The notes under the pieces were generated by a model that searched no databases, was not told the origin of the DNA, and saw only the letters and a list, made by a program, of their open reading frames with translations. From NCBI GenBank assembly GCA_000388065.2, contig KB932208.1: a DNA stretch of 63,515 nt; one strand, 5' to 3'. Origin of the DNA: Fonticula alba ATCC 38817 (taxonomy: Eukaryota; Protista; Nucleariida). Shown in pieces: positions 26,282 to 39,600 of this stretch; the stretch's first letter is position 1; each line of letters starts with the position of its first letter. Both the position numbers and the translations under genes were made by a program.

Positions 26282-28304
26282 GGCGTGCGTGTCTGTGTGT
26301 GCGTGCGTGCGCGCGCGTGCGTGTGTGTGTGCGTGTGTGTGCGTCTGCCGTGCCGGCGCGAGGGGCGCTGGAAGTGCAGGCGGATGGGCGTGCGAGGGTG
26401 CGGTTGCCGTCCCAGGGGAGAAGGGCAGGGGCGAGGGGTGATCGGTCGGGGTCTCGACGTCCGACGGCGGCTGTGGCGGCGATCGGTCGAAAGGGCATCG
26501 GTGAGCATGTGCACAAGCAGGGGCGCGGATGGGCAAGCACGGGCTTGGGCGAGCGCACCTTCGAAGCCTCAGCCGTGCTCCAGGTGGTGCGTGCAGCGTG
26601 GGAGTCACACAGCAGGGGAGGGCGAGGGGAGGAGCGGAGGAAAGAGCAGGGCGAAGCGGGGCGAGGCGAAGGAGGGCGCGAAGTGAGGGATCGAGGCTTG
26701 CTGGCAGGGGCTTGGTGGGTCGGCCCTCAGGGGAGCGTGAAAAGTGTGCGACCGACGCCGGTGCCGGCGAATGTATGCCTCCCACCGGGGCTGGCGAGTG
26801 TGTCAGCTGGCAGGCGATCGTCCGGGCTCAGGCGGTGATATGGCAGGCCGCTACGGGAGCAGGCCCGGGGACGGCCGGGGGCAATCGGGCCGGGAGGGGG
26901 TGGCCGCGGGTGACAGTGCCCCGAGCAGCGTCCAACGGGCGTCGAGGAGGCTGTGATGTAGGTGCCGCCCGCTTGGCAGGGGGGGGGGGGGGGGGGGGGG
27001 GGGGGATGGTGTGGGATGTCCGTTCCAAGTCCGGGACAAAACACACACACACACACGCACATACACCTGGGGCGGAGACGGGGCGGGGGCCGGAGACGGG
27101 GCGTCAGGGCGGCAGGGCGGCAGGGCGGCAGGACGGCAGGGCGGCAGGGAGGAAGGCTGAAGGGGGCGGAGGTGCGAGAGCAACTCGCATGGACTGGCCG
27201 GGGCGCGCAGGCAATGGGCCCGGGATTGGGTCAGATCGCCGATGAACACTTTGGCCACTGCGCCCGGGCCCGCCCGCCTTGCTGCGGGCCGCGGTGCCGG
27301 GGCCGGGCACATCGATCGGGAGCGCCTCGCCCTCTCCGCGGGCCGGGGGACCCCCTGCATCCGGTGCTGGCGCCATGTCAAAATGGACCTCCACACTGGT
27401 GGAGCCGTCCGTGGATCCTGCGAAGGATGCGGGGTGTGCCTGTCTTGCCTGCCCGCCGCAACTGCCTGTGCCCTGGAGGGCGGCCGAGCGGCCGGGCGAA
27501 GAACGTGGGGGACGCACAATGGCCCGCGATACAAAATCCCGCAAGCTAAGGCTGATGGCAAGCCAGGAGACCCTGGCGCAAGGCCGGCAGTGTCCCGGCC
27601 CCGGCCCGGCCCCGGCCCCTACTCGGGCAGGGTCCGAAGCGCGCAGTCACCCGGCCCATCCGCAGGCAGACGCGGCGGACCTAATTGCGGCGCTTGGCTC
27701 TCCTTAACAGAGGGCGAGTGGGCGCCGGGGCGCACCCTTCCGGCGTTCCGAGCCGTGTCCACGCGCGGGCCGGGGGGGGGGGGGGGGTGTTCGTTCCCGG
27801 CGACCGGACCCCCCCCCCCCTCACCCCCACGCCGTGCATCTGACAGGTGTGAAAAAGACCTCCCCCCCCCCCGCCCCCTCGCCAGCACTACCCCCTGCCC
27901 TAGCTAATCCCGATCGCCTGGCCCCCCCCCCCCGCCCCCCGCTGGGACGTAACCCCCAGCGCGCCTAGTCACGGAGTCACCTGAAACACCCGTCCTCCGG
28001 GCCGGCCAATCTGCCCATCGTCATGCCTCACACCAAGGCCGGGGCGCGCTGAAGGTCGTTCCCCTCCCCTGCTCCCCGCGCCCGTCCATCCGCCCGACAC
28101 ACAGGCGGGGGGAGAACGCCCCGAGGTGGACCCGCGCCCGGGCGCAACACGGCGCTCCCGAGGGACACGCCCGGCCGCGCAGGCGAGCGCGGCCGCGATG
28201 GCTGAAAGAATGACACCTCGTGGTCATCACGTGGTAGGTCACACGCTCGTCTCGAAAATGTGCGTCTTATTGGCCCCGGCCAGCCGCGCCGGGGCGGACG
28301 GTGC

Positions 28305-28936
28305 TCACACATCGCCAATGTTGGAAAGGATGCCGGAAACTGTGCGCAGTGCGTGCGTGGACAAGACCGCCGTCCCCCGGGGGCCACCCCGCGACAATCC
28401 CCCACACGAGACGGCGGAGAGAAAGGGGGCAACGAGAAAGAGGGAGAGAGAGAGAGAAATGGAGCGAGTGGTGTTAAGAAAAACGAGCAAACAAACAGGA
28501 TCCCCGCAAAGAGGTGCAAGAGGGGGGAGAGGGGGCGGGAGGCGCGACAGAGAGGAGGAGGAAGGGGATGCACGTACGTTGCCGCAACAGGGTCAGAGTG
28601 GCCCGGATGACCAGCAGGACCTGCCGCGGATCGAAGGACTCGCCGGATTGCGACTGCAGCAGCAGGGCCACCAGGGTGAAAGGCCGCCGGGCCGAGCCCA
28701 CCCACACCCGGGCCCCGGTCTCGAGGGTGCTCCATGTGGAGGAGGGAGGCGCCGGGCCGTGCGACCCCCCGGGCGCCAGCGGCGACCGCCGCGAAGGCTG
28801 GTGGTGCCCGAGGCCGGCTGGGCCCGAGGAGCCAGGAGCAGGCATGGCCGAGCCCCCGGGCCCACCAGCGCCGTCTCCCCGTGGCCGCGGGGGCTGCCCG
28901 CTGCGCCAATCGGCCACGAAGGCCGGTGCTCCGGGA

Positions 28937-28987
<51 letters not shown>

Positions 28988-29499
28988 GAGTGCTGCTCAG
29001 GGGGCTTGCTTCCGGCGCCGGCGCCAATGCTAGCCGGGCTGGAGTGGGACCGAGCGGCGGCCGCGGCGACTGTCGCGGTCTGAAGTCCCGACGACGTTGG
29101 CAAGCCAGCCAGTCGGGCCGGCTCCGGGCCGCCCGGACTCATGGGGCCGCTCTGGCCTAGGTAGGCCGAGTGCAGGCGCGGCCCGGCCCCGATGCCGGAA
29201 GCCGTGCCCGGCAGATCGCGTGCATGCTGGCTGGCCGCCGCGGCCGCGCCCAAATACGCGGCAGCAGGCGACGAAAGGGCGACCGAATCGGCGGCCGTCG
29301 AGTGGTGCTGGTGGTGCTGATGGTGATCAGATGGCCCGGGCCCACTGTGCAGGCCACCGGCAGGCGAGCCGAAGGGCCCGGCATGCCCGGGGCCGGCCCC
29401 AGGCCGGCCGATGCCATTCAGGCTGAATGACAAGAGATCGGTCGAATCATTTCCAAGGGCATTCACTGGGACCAGGCAGGCAGACGGCGTTCCCGCAAA

Positions 29500-29543
<44 letters not shown>

Positions 29544-30760
29544 GAGGAGTCCAGGTTAGGTGGGGCGAATGGAATGGCGCGAAAGGGGCGGACAGGGGAG
29601 GGTCCACGCACGGACGTCGTCCGCCGCCGAAACCGCGGCGCCCAGGTTGGCTTCAATGGCCATGACATCGAGCGGCGGGGCATTGGAATTGCCCCCGGCC
29701 CCGGGGGACCCGCTGGCCCGGGCGATGTGTGCAATCCGCCCATGGTGGAAGAGGAGCACATTATCCAGGATAGGTGCTGCATCGTAGACTGGAGAGCGCG
29801 CGATGGGCATGGACGAGGGGGAGCGGGGCACATTTTGCGACAGAGCACAGGCATCAGTCAGGCCAGAGGGAGAGGAAGCCACACGGATGAAGGCATGGCA
29901 GGAGGAAGAGCGGGGAGGTAGGCCAGTGCAGGAAGGAGCACAACGCACGCTCGGTGACCGCCGTGTACATGGCACTCATGATGGACGCGCGAATGTCCTG
30001 ATCGAAGGCATTGAACACACGCAGGTTGACAGCAGAAAAGCCATCAGTGGCATCCGGGCCGCCCTTTGCGAAGCGAGCCACGAAGTTGGCCAGGAAGGAG
30101 CGCGCCAGCAGGCTGAATGGCTGCGCATGGCACCGCGGCGGCAGCGCCGAAAAGTGTTCGGGCGCAGTCAGCGGGGTGGCCGAGTTCAGCAGATAACTGT
30201 GGAAGGGCAGGCCCAGGTGATGAGCACCCGGGCCGCCGGCAAGGGGTGCCAGGAGGTCGGCCGCTTCCGGACCGGCAAGGGCAGGCGCCGAGGCATTCGC
30301 CTCGGGCGCCGCGCCGGCCCCGGCCCCGGGCCCGGCCCCGGCAACCGGCCCCGGATCGACCGACCCCTCGGTGGCGGCCGACCCGCGTCGGGCCGCATAC
30401 CGGCTGCTGGCGGCCGCCGTCTCGGCATAAATGTCGGCCTCATCCTCGGACAGCTGGGACTCCGGCTGGAGCCCGGAGGGGGCCGGGTACGGCCGATTCG
30501 GCCCGGCCGAGGGGACATCCCCCCCGGTCGTCGGGCCCGGCACCAAGAGCGACCGGTCGTGCTCGGCATCCAGCGCAGGATCGAAGTCGTCGTCATCCGC
30601 GAAGAGGGCACAGGCCAGCCCGGAGTCGGGATCCGTGGTCACCGACACCACCAGGCGCTGGAAGCGCACCACTCGGATGTTTTGGTGCCCATGCGTCGTG
30701 CGCCGGGCCAATGTCAGCAGAGCCACAATCAGCGATCCGGTGAGAGTCGGCTATGTTTGT
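28305..30760 (-). CDS. Hypothetical multi-exon protein with polyQ/His low-complexity insert
   Basis: Four exons join in phase (..TER|LYDAAPILDNVLLFHH..DDV|LNALGND..LLRQ|LSGILSNIGDV-stop) using gtgcgt/gtacgt donors and cag acceptors; 5' end obscured by the gap near 30810. Confidence 0.7.
28939..28986 (-). repeat. (CAG)16 coding polyglutamine tract
   Basis: 16 perfect CTG units on the plus strand within an exon. Confidence 0.9.
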
Positions 30761-31239
30761 GTTTGTGTGCGTGTGTGCAGGGAGAGAGAGAGAGGGAGAG
30801 GGGGGGGNNNNNNNNNNNNNNNNNNNNNNNNNNNNNNNNNNNNNNNNNNNNNNNNNNNNNNNGGGGGGGGGGGGGATGCATTCGCATATCAGCTCCTGCG
30901 ACCCAGTCGACCATGGCGTCGCTGGACCAGCAGCCAAGGACCATGGGCCGGGCACAGCAGGTCGGTCATTTTCGCCCAGGGGGCATCTAAAAAGCAGACC
31001 AGGAGGCAGGTGCAAAGGGCGAGAGAGTGGAATATCCGGGGCGCTTCTCAAGGACAGGATGCACTTCGGCGTCGCGTGTCTGCGCGTGCCGGAAAGGGCC
31101 GCGCCTCGCAGATCTCGCTACAGGGCACGGGTCTATCTCCCCGAGCGGTGTTGCTTGCGCGTCTACTTCCCCCCGCTCCCCCCGCTGCTTCCTGAATGCC
31201 ATCTTGCCTGACAAGATGAAGAACCCCGGGGGCCGGGGC

Positions 31240-31959
31240 TTAAAAGGACTGGGGACACTCTTGGACCCGCTGCTGAAGCGCGGCCGCCTCCGGTCGGGTG
31301 GCATTAAATACCAAGGGCGCGCCACCTGCGCCGCCGGCGAACTCCCGCATCGGCGGGGCGACAACGATGTTGCCCAAATCCGGAAGGGTATCGCCGACAT
31401 CCCGGTGCAAGCGCTGCTGCATGACCAGCCGCTGGTGGTACCGCAAGATGGCCTCGGTCAGATCGATGGTCGTCGAGCCGGCAGGCGCATCGGGGCAGGC
31501 CTTTTCCACGCCATGGCCCGAGGCGGCCGAGCCACGTCGGCTCTGCGACACCTGGGACAGGAGGAAGTCAATGCGCGCGGCGTTCGAGCCGACGGGGCCG
31601 CCCCCGGCCGGGCGGCCGGAGGTCGGGCCGATGGCCAGCGCGGCCAGGGTACTCCCCGGCCCGGCGGTGGCGTCCATGTCGGCGTAGCCATCGCGCAGCC
31701 GGCGTTCGGCCACCGTTTCGTCCATGTGAAAGTGGCGATTCAGGACCACGCGCCTTTGGCGGGCCTTGATGAATATCACCACCAGGATGACGATCGACAG
31801 GACCATGAAAAAGCCCAGGATCCCCAGGAGGATGGCCGCCAGCTGGGCATCGGACCCGGTGAACATCCCGTCGTTGGCCCCGCCATTGCCCTTGATGGTG
31901 GGCGGTGGCCGGGTGCCGGACGGCCGCGGCTCCGGCTCCTCGCCCGCCAAGCGGTCGTA
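31240..31959 (-). CDS. Single-pass membrane protein, 3' exon
   Basis: Acceptor cacgcag|TAC at 31959; TM LAAILLGILGFFMVLSIVILVVIFI followed by KARQRR; about 170 aa cytoplasmic tail; upstream exon not firmly identified. Confidence 0.65.
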   Translation of the reverse strand, partial: YDRLAGEEPEPRPSGTRPPPTIKGNGGANDGMFTGSDAQLAAILLGILGFFMVLSIVILVVIFIKARQRRVVLNRHFHMDETVAERRLRDGYADMDATAGPGSTLAALAIGPTSGRPAGGGPVGSNAARIDFLLSQVSQSRRGSAASGHGVEKACPDAPAGSTTIDLTEAILRYHQRLVMQQRLHRDVGDTLPDLGNIVVAPPMREFAGGAGGAPLVFNATRPEAAALQQRVQECPQSF

Positions 31960-33067
31960 CTGCGTGGATGCATCGGGTGGATGTGGTGTCCGCGGGCGGG
32001 CGAGTGACCCATGTGGCGGAGGAACGCGTCAGTTGGCCTGCTGTGCATAGGACGCCGCACTTGGTCGACCGAAACGCACATCGAGCGACACATCTCCCGC
32101 CGCTGCGTCGAGCGCCACCGGCGACCTGCGAGCCGCCCACCGGATAAGCTGATCCAAGATGGGGCTATTCATTGGATGGGAAAAAAATGGGCATATGTCG
32201 GGGCATGAAGACAAGTGTCTCTGCCATTCGGCGATCCAGAAGGGCCCGCGAGGGAGGGCGCTTGTCGGACAGCTGCGAAGGGCTCGGCAGCCAACGAGAT
32301 CAGACAGCGGTCGGCAGGGCAACGGGAGGCGAAGGGGCAGGAGGGTTGGGGAGCTTTGACCGTCGGGGCCACCAGACCCACCCCCAATAGCGGGTAATTT
32401 ATATCCGCCCGGAGGAGACGTGGTGGCGAATCCCCCCCCCCCCCCCCCCCCTGCCAGCGTCACTCGACCGAGCACTGCCGACATCTGGGGCGCACCGGTG
32501 GGAGGGGCGGCCGGCCCCGATCTCGCGCTTGGTGCTGGCCGCCTCAGGAGGACGGTCGTCCCCAGGCGTGCCTCCTGGTCGCCCACTTCCGTGGGTCCGG
32601 GGCCTCTTGCCCCACGATCAACCGCGAGCCCGCCACTGCCAACGCAATGGCCGATCGCCCGGTCGCAACACCCGGATCGCGGACGCCCCGCCCCGTCTCG
32701 GTCGGGGGCGACATCGCGAGACCGCGGGGCGGCTGGGGCGGGGGGTGTCCGAATGTGGTCCAGGATTGGCCGCGAGACGGCGCGGTTATGGGGGCAGAGG
32801 GGGGGGGGGGGGGGGGGGGGGGGGATGGTGGGCAGAGCAAGAGCAGCATGCAATTTGGGGGGATATATTCTTGGGAGAGAGTGGTGCTGGCGGCAGCAGA
32901 AAAAAGAGAGAAAGAGAGAGGGAGGGAGGGAGATCGCGCAAACAGGCGGGAGGCATGTCCGTCTAATGGGGGAGGGATGTGCCTCTGCGGGGGGCGCGAG
33001 CAGGCACAGGGCCGCAGGGATTGTGGCCGAGTGCACCCCCCCGAACCCCTGGGAGCTCCCCCGCCGA

Positions 33068-33277
33068 TCAAGAGAAGACCCAGTTGGCGGCCAGGATGTA
33101 GGCGCCGACGAAGACCGCGCCACCGGACGCCAGGGTCATGGCCGTGCGGCCGATCACCTTGACCGGAGTCGGGATGCTGGACAGGATGGATGGCTCGGAG
33201 GGGGCCGCGGCGCCTGCCGAGCCGGACACCGCAGGCAGGACACTCGTCAGCGCGTGCAGGAAGGAAAGCAGCAGCAT
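33068..33277 (-). CDS. Short ORF or exon with signal-peptide-like start (MLLLSFLHALTSVLPAVSG)
   Basis: Hydrophobic N-terminus; either a 69-aa small membrane protein or the first exon of the 31240-31959 gene via donor AAG|GTGATC at 33157. Confidence 0.35.
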   Translation of the reverse strand: MLLLSFLHALTSVLPAVSGSAGAAAPSEPSILSSIPTPVKVIGRTAMTLASGGAVFVGAYILAANWVFS

Positions 33278-33311
33278 CACATGGAAGGGCGACTGCCGGA
33301 GGCGGGTCGAA

Positions 33312-33347
<36 letters not shown>

Positions 33348-33760
33348 NNNNNNNNNNGGGGGGGGGAGGAGAGGATGGGGTTGGCATTCTCGGCCAGGGA
33401 CGCCTCGGCCCCCCCCGAGCGCCCCCTAAATAGATCGGCACCCCGGCGTGATCTTTCAGCAATGCGCCGGGCGTCGCGCCACCATGGCGGCGCTGCCCAC
33501 GCATTGCCCCGATGCGGCCCCAGCCCGAGGAGCTGCGGGGGAGAAGAAAAAGGCCCGGCGCACACCGACGGGGCCAGAGGCGCGAAAAGGATCCGCGCCA
33601 GGATCGCTCCCCCCCCCCCCCCCCCCCCCCCCCCGAGAGTGCTTTCCCCCGGCGATCTCCCCTCCATCCTCCCCCACCCGCTGCTTGTTCCTCCCTCCCC
33701 TCCCCCCTCCCTCCTGCCCGCCTCAACCGCCGCGCACAGGGACGACGATGTGCCGGCAGC

Positions 33761-35846
33761 ATGGCCGATAGCGTCCTTCCTCTTCTCGTGGTGTCGACCC
33801 CGGCACCGGCTGGGTCGGCCCCCCGGCCAGCCGTGTGGCTGTTGCTTCCCGCCGCCACGGTGCCAGCCATGGCCGCATCGGCCACCGACACTGTTGTCGG
33901 GCCACACTGTGCACGCTTCGGCCGGAGCGCCCAGTGTGACATCCCCGTGGCCGGGGACGCGCACATCAGCCGCCAGCACCTGGCCTTCTGTGTGACGCGC
34001 ACCGCGTGCCCCCCTTCCCCGGACCCTGTCGCGCACTTGGCCCCGCTCCCCGGGCTTGTGGTTTTCGACCTGGGCGGGTGCAATCCCCCACGACACGCCA
34101 ATGGCCAGGGGCTGGTGGCGCGCGGGGACCGCCGGGGGGTTCGCTTCGGCTCCTTGACGGAGCCTCTGCTTGTCGGCCTGTCCAGCGTGGCCTTTGGCCG
34201 GGCGCTGGTTCTGGCCCGAGCACCGGTCGAAAGGCTGGGCCTCCTGGATCCCGTTGTCCCCGGCCAGCCGGACGGTCGATCGGACGTCGGGTTCACACAT
34301 CTGGTTCTAGACGCCCCGGAGCTGTCGCTGGCCGCTGCCAGCCAGGCCCCCCTCCAATTGGCTGCCATTGCCATGGTGCATGCCTCCGTCCTTCTTTCTT
34401 CCTTTCCCTCCCTCCCTCTCTCCCTCTCTCTCTCTCTCTCTCTTTCTCTCCCGCTTCTCTCGCTGGCTTGCTGACTCGCTGCACGTTTTCCCGTCTGACA
34501 GACCCTGCTGTGCGCACGCGCCGGCGCGCCCGTTGTCGCTGAGGCCTGGCTCGAGGGAAATGGAACCGGATCCTCCACGCTGGCGCGGTCTCTGAGCCCG
34601 GCATCCGAGCACCCGGTCCAGGTGACCCTGCTTGGAGGTGAGGCTCTGCCGGTGGACCGATTGCCGATCGCCGCTGCCGGACCCGGGGCCCTCCCCTTGG
34701 CCGGCCTGGCCTTTCACCTGCCACGCCTCTCGCAGGCCTTTTCCTCCATGTCTCTGACATCGCTCCTAATGTCCGAACCGGTGGGTCCCTCCCTTTTGCT
34801 CTGGTCCATCCCCACTTTCCGGCCGCCTTCCCCCCCCCCCTCCAATCCCTTCGTTGTCCGTCCTCAGTCTGCTAACCGGCTCCTTGTCCCAGCTGCTTCT
34901 TCTTTTGGCCAGCACCCTCGAGCGACTTGGCGCCCGGCAGCTCGATGTCTCGGATGTCGGGGCCCTGGGGCTGGAACACTTCTTCGTCCCGGCGGCCGTG
35001 CTGATGGTCTCCGCTACGGTGGGCCACTACTCAATGGGCACCCCGCGGGTTATCATGCCGATTGTCGAGTGCTTGGACTTCCTCCTGCGCGATGTGCTGC
35101 CTGAGCCCCTTCAATCGCTGCAAGCCGATGCATCGGCGGGTGGCGGTTCCTCCCGGGTGGAATCCCAGCCGACGGCGGCTTCCCCGGCCGACTCCCAACG
35201 GCTGACCGAGCAGCTGGCCGAGCTCCCACCGGGGCTGCTTCCCAATCCGGCCCCCGGCCTGGCGGACGAGCCGATGGACCATCCGCCGCCCAAGCTCCCG
35301 CCCAGGCTGCTGGCGAGGCGCTCCCCGGAGCCGGAGCCGGAGCCGGAGCCGAAGCCCCAGCAGCCGGTGCATCTCCCCCCGAAGCCCATGGCCAAGCCGC
35401 TGACTGAGCCACGGGTTGGATCGCTGCCCAGGTCACTGCCTCAACCACCATCACACGAAAGCCCGGTCCAAGGATCGCCCCAAGCCCCCGATCGAATGCC
35501 GCACTCTTCCCATCCCGAGTCACCTGGTGGCCGGCCCGCTGACCCCGGAGATGAGGCGCCTGCTGGGCCGGCGTCATCGCCCTCGCCAGCGCCAGCGCCA
35601 GCGCCATCGCCATCGCCATCGGCTTTGATGTTCGCCGCTTCGCCTCCGATGTCGGGCCTCCCCCCCCATGCCATGCCGGACACCCTGGCGCCCTCTTCAA
35701 TGGAGGCTGACCCGGCCTCCGGCTGGCGCCCCTCGTACGCATCCCCTGCCGGTCGGATACCCTGCCTACGAAACCGGAAGATTTTCAAGAAGCGCCGGCC
35801 GATCCCCCTGCCCCGGACAACTGGGCGGCCCTCCCCCCTCCCCTGA
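33761..35846 (+). CDS. FHA-domain protein with Pro-rich disordered C-terminus
   Basis: FGRSAQCDIPVAGDAHISRQHLAF carries the FHA G-R and S-x-x-H residues, followed by HANG; spliced through exons at ~34502-34780 and ~34890-35846. Confidence 0.65.
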
Positions 35847-35880
35847 CGCTCCCCGACTTCCAAGGGCATTCACTGGGACC

Positions 35881-36549
35881 NNNNNNNNNNNNNNNNNNNN
35901 NNNNNNNNNNNNNNNNNNNNNNNNNNNNNNNNNNNNNNNNNNNNNNNNNNNNNNNNNNNNNNNNNNNNNNNNNNNNNNNNNNNNNNNNNNNNNNNNNNNN
36001 NNNNNNNNNNNNNNNNNNNNNNNNNNNNNNNNNNNNNNNNNNNNNNNNNNNNNNNNNNNNNNNNNNNNNNNNNNNNNNNNNNNNNNNNNNNNNNNNNNNN
36101 NNNNNNNNNNNNNNNNNNNNNNNNNNNNNNNNNNNNNNNNNNNNNNNNNNNNNNNNNNNNNNNNNNNNNNNNNNNNNNNNNNNNNNNNNNNNNNNNNNNN
36201 NNNNNNNNNNNNNNNNNNNNNNNNNNNNNNNNNNNNNNNNNNNNNNNNNNNNNNNNNNNNNNNNNNNNNNNNNNNNNNNNNNNNNNNNNNNNNNNNNNNN
36301 NNNNNNNNNNNNNNNNNNNNNNNNNNNNNNNNNNNNNNNNNNNNNNNNNNNNNNNNNNNNNNNNNNNNNNNNNNNNNNNNNNNNNNNNNNNNNNNNNNNN
36401 NNNNNNNNNNNNNNNNNNNNNNNNNNNNNNNNNNNNNNNNNNNNNNNNNNNNNNNNNNNNNNNNNNNNNNNNNNNNNNNNNNNNNNNNNNNNNNNNNNNN
36501 NNNNNNNNNNNNNNNNNNNNNNNNNNNNNNNNNNNNNNNNNNNNNNNNN
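35881..36549. other. Assembly gap (N)
   Basis: Run of N; likely hides the remaining TM exons of the GET2/CAML-like gene. Confidence 0.95.
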
Positions 36550-36691
36550 GCGACCTCAGGGGGGAGGCGCGGGGAGCGAGAGGACCGAGGGGAGGAACGG
36601 AGTCGCCGAACGGGGCAGCCCAGGCCGAGGGGGGTCAGAAAGTTGCTCGAGCAGAAAGGAAGGCAAGTCAATCGGCGTGGGAGATGCGCAC

Positions 36692-39600
36692 GTAGAGCGA
36701 GCTGCTTGCCTGCTCTGGGCCGCTGTTGGCCCAGGCCAGGATGAAGCCGGCCGCCACAAAGAGGAAAGTGATCATTCGATCGCGCGAGCTCAGTGGCCCG
36801 GGCCAGCCAAATCCAAGGGCCGACCGCGCGGCCGAGGAGGACCCCAGCGCGCCGGCCAGCGCCAGCGCCGCCCCACCGGCCAGGCCGCTGCCGCCGATGC
36901 TGCTCATCCCGGCCGACAGGGAGTTCAGATCCAGCCCGGACAGATCGCCACCGGCTCCCAGCAGGGCCGAGGCCATCTGCTGCTGGCTGGCAAGCATCTC
37001 CTCTTGGGAGGGGCCGGCCGCGGGCCGGGCGCCAGGCCGCGCGGCCGCGGCCCCACGGCCGGTGGCGGGCCCACTGGCAGGAGTGCCACCCACCCCGAGC
37101 GCCTTGAACATGCTGTTCATGCTCTGGCGGCTTTGGTCGGCGTCGGTATCCACCCCGGACATGGTCGGCATGGTGAAGGGCGACCCGGGCATGTTGAAGG
37201 GGGTCAGGTGCTCGCGCGCGGTCGGGGCCGCCTGGTGGGCGTGCTGGCCGCCAGTCACCGCGGGCCCGGCAGCGGCCCCGGTGTCGGCCGGCTGCGCCGC
37301 CTCCGGCGGGGGGGTCCGGCTCACGCGCGACTCCACTCCGAGAATGCGCTGCATGCGGGACTCGCTGTTGCGCAGGAGGCGCTCGCGCCGGCGCTGTGCC
37401 GACCGCTGCGCCGGGGACATGGTATCGGCCACGGCATCGGCGGCCGTCGGGGCCGACACCGGCTGGGGGGCTGCGCGTGCGGCGGTTGACGCAAGTGAAA
37501 AGGGCCGTCAGCGAAGGGGGGAGAAGGCGCAAAAGGAAGGTCCCCAAGCAAAGACGCACAGGCAGGCTCCTTCGGCGAGGGGGGAACCGACGTGGCGGGG
37601 GAGGAATCTGATGCGGCAGGAGTGTCAGTGGGAACCGTCTTGTCGGTGGCGGTCACGGGCGAGTCGGTCGGCCAGTGGGCCGAGTCCGAGCCGGTCTCAG
37701 CCGCAGTGACGGCACCGGGGGTGGCGGTGGACATGGCCGCCGCGGCAGCCTCCGCCAATTGGACAGCCTCCACGGCCTCGGCCACCTCGGCCTCCGTGAT
37801 CTCCACCAGGTCGGCAATGGTGGCGGTGGCCACCCCGGACTCCTCGGCCACAGTGCTCTCATCGACAGCGGCATCAGCTGCAGTGACCTCGGTAAAGGCC
37901 TCAGTGGTGTCGAGCTCGGGCGCGGTCTCGGTCTCGGGTGCGGTGATCTCAGGCTCAGGGACAGCCTCGGCAAGGGCTCCCGCGTCGCCTTCCGCCTCGA
38001 CAGGCTCGGAGCTGTTGACCTCAGCCTCGAGCACGGTGGCCTCAGTGCCAATGCTCGGGATCTCAGTCTCGGCTCCGGTGACATCGATCGCAGCCTCAGC
38101 CTCAGTGATCTCTGCAGTCACAGCCTTGGTGCAGACCACCACAGCCTGGACCTCGGCCTCGACAGACTCGGTCTCCGCAATATCAGCCTCAGTGACGGCG
38201 ACCTCAGCGGCCTCGGTGACCTCAGTGGCCTCAGGCTCGGTCCCGGTCTGGGTCTCGGTCTCGGTCTCGGCGGCCTCAGTGGCTTCGGTCAGAGCGACCT
38301 CGGCGACCTCGGCGACCTCGGCGATCTCAGCGACTTCAGAAACCTCAGTCTCAGCGATCTCAGTGACTTCAGCGACCTCAGCCACCTCAGCGGACTCAGT
38401 CTCGGCCTCGGTCTCGGTCTCGGCGACCTCAGTCTCGGCGACCTCAGCGACCTCAGTGACTTCAGTCTCAGCGACCTCAGTGACTTCAGTCTCAGTGACC
38501 TCAGCGACCTCAGTCTCGGTCTCGGCGACCTCGGTAACCTCAGCGACCTCAGCGACCTCAGTGACTTCAGCGACCTCAGTGACTTCAGCGACCTCAGTGG
38601 ACTGAGTGACCTCAGGAGCCTCAGTCTCGGCAACCTCAGTCTCGGCAACCTCAGTCTCGGCAACCTCAGTGACCTCAGCAGTCTCAGTCTCAGCGACCTC
38701 AGTGACCTCAGCCACCTCAGCCACCTCAGCCACCTCAGCCACCTCAGTCTCGGCCTCAGTCTCGGTCTCGGCGACCTCAGTCTCGGTAACCTCAGTAACC
38801 TCAGTCTCGGTAACCTCAGTAACCTCAGCCACCTCAGCAACCTCAGCCACCTCAGCAACCTCAGTGACCTCAGCGACCTCGGTAACCTCAGTCTCGGCGA
38901 CCTCAGCGACCTCAGCGACCTCGGTAACCTCAGTCTCGGCGACCTCAGCGACCTCAGCGACCTCAGCGACCTCAGCGACCTCAGCGACCTCAGCGACCTC
39001 AGCGACCTCAGCGACCTCAATGGACTCAGTGATTTCGGTGACCTCAGTAGACTCAGTGACCTCAGGAGCCTCAGTCTCGGCAACCTCAGTCTCGGCGACC
39101 TCAGTCTCGATGTCGGCGACCTCGGCGACCTCAGTGACCTCGGCAACCTCAGCCTCGGCGACCTCAGCGACCTCAGTCTCGGCAACCTCAATCTCAGTGA
39201 CCTCAGAGGCCTCAGTCTCGGTGACCTCAGTCTCGGCGACCTCAGTCTCGGTGACCTCAGTCTCGGCGACCTCAGTCTCGGTGACCTCAGTCTTGGCGAC
39301 CTCAGTGGCCTCAGCAGTCTCAGTCTCAGCGANNNNNNNNNNNNNNNNNNNNNNNNNNNNNNNNNNNNNNNNNNNNNNNNNNNNNNNNNNNNNNNNNNNN
39401 NNNNNNNNNNNNNNNNNNNNNNNNNNNNNNNNNNNNNNNNNNNNNNNNNNNNNNNNNNNNNNNNNNNNNNNNNNNNNNNNNNNNNNNNNNNNNNNNNNNN
39501 NNNNNNNNNNNNNNNNNNNNNNNNNNNNNNNNNNNNNNNNNNNNNNNNNNNNNNNNNNNNNNNNNNNNNNNNGACCTCAGCAGCCTCAGCGACCTCAGCA

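Noticed and set aside
27104-27544. 146-aa minus-strand ORF downstream of the polyQ gene
   Set aside because: Low-complexity Gly/Pro/Ala content; the upstream gene already has an in-frame stop at 28305; no homology recognised.
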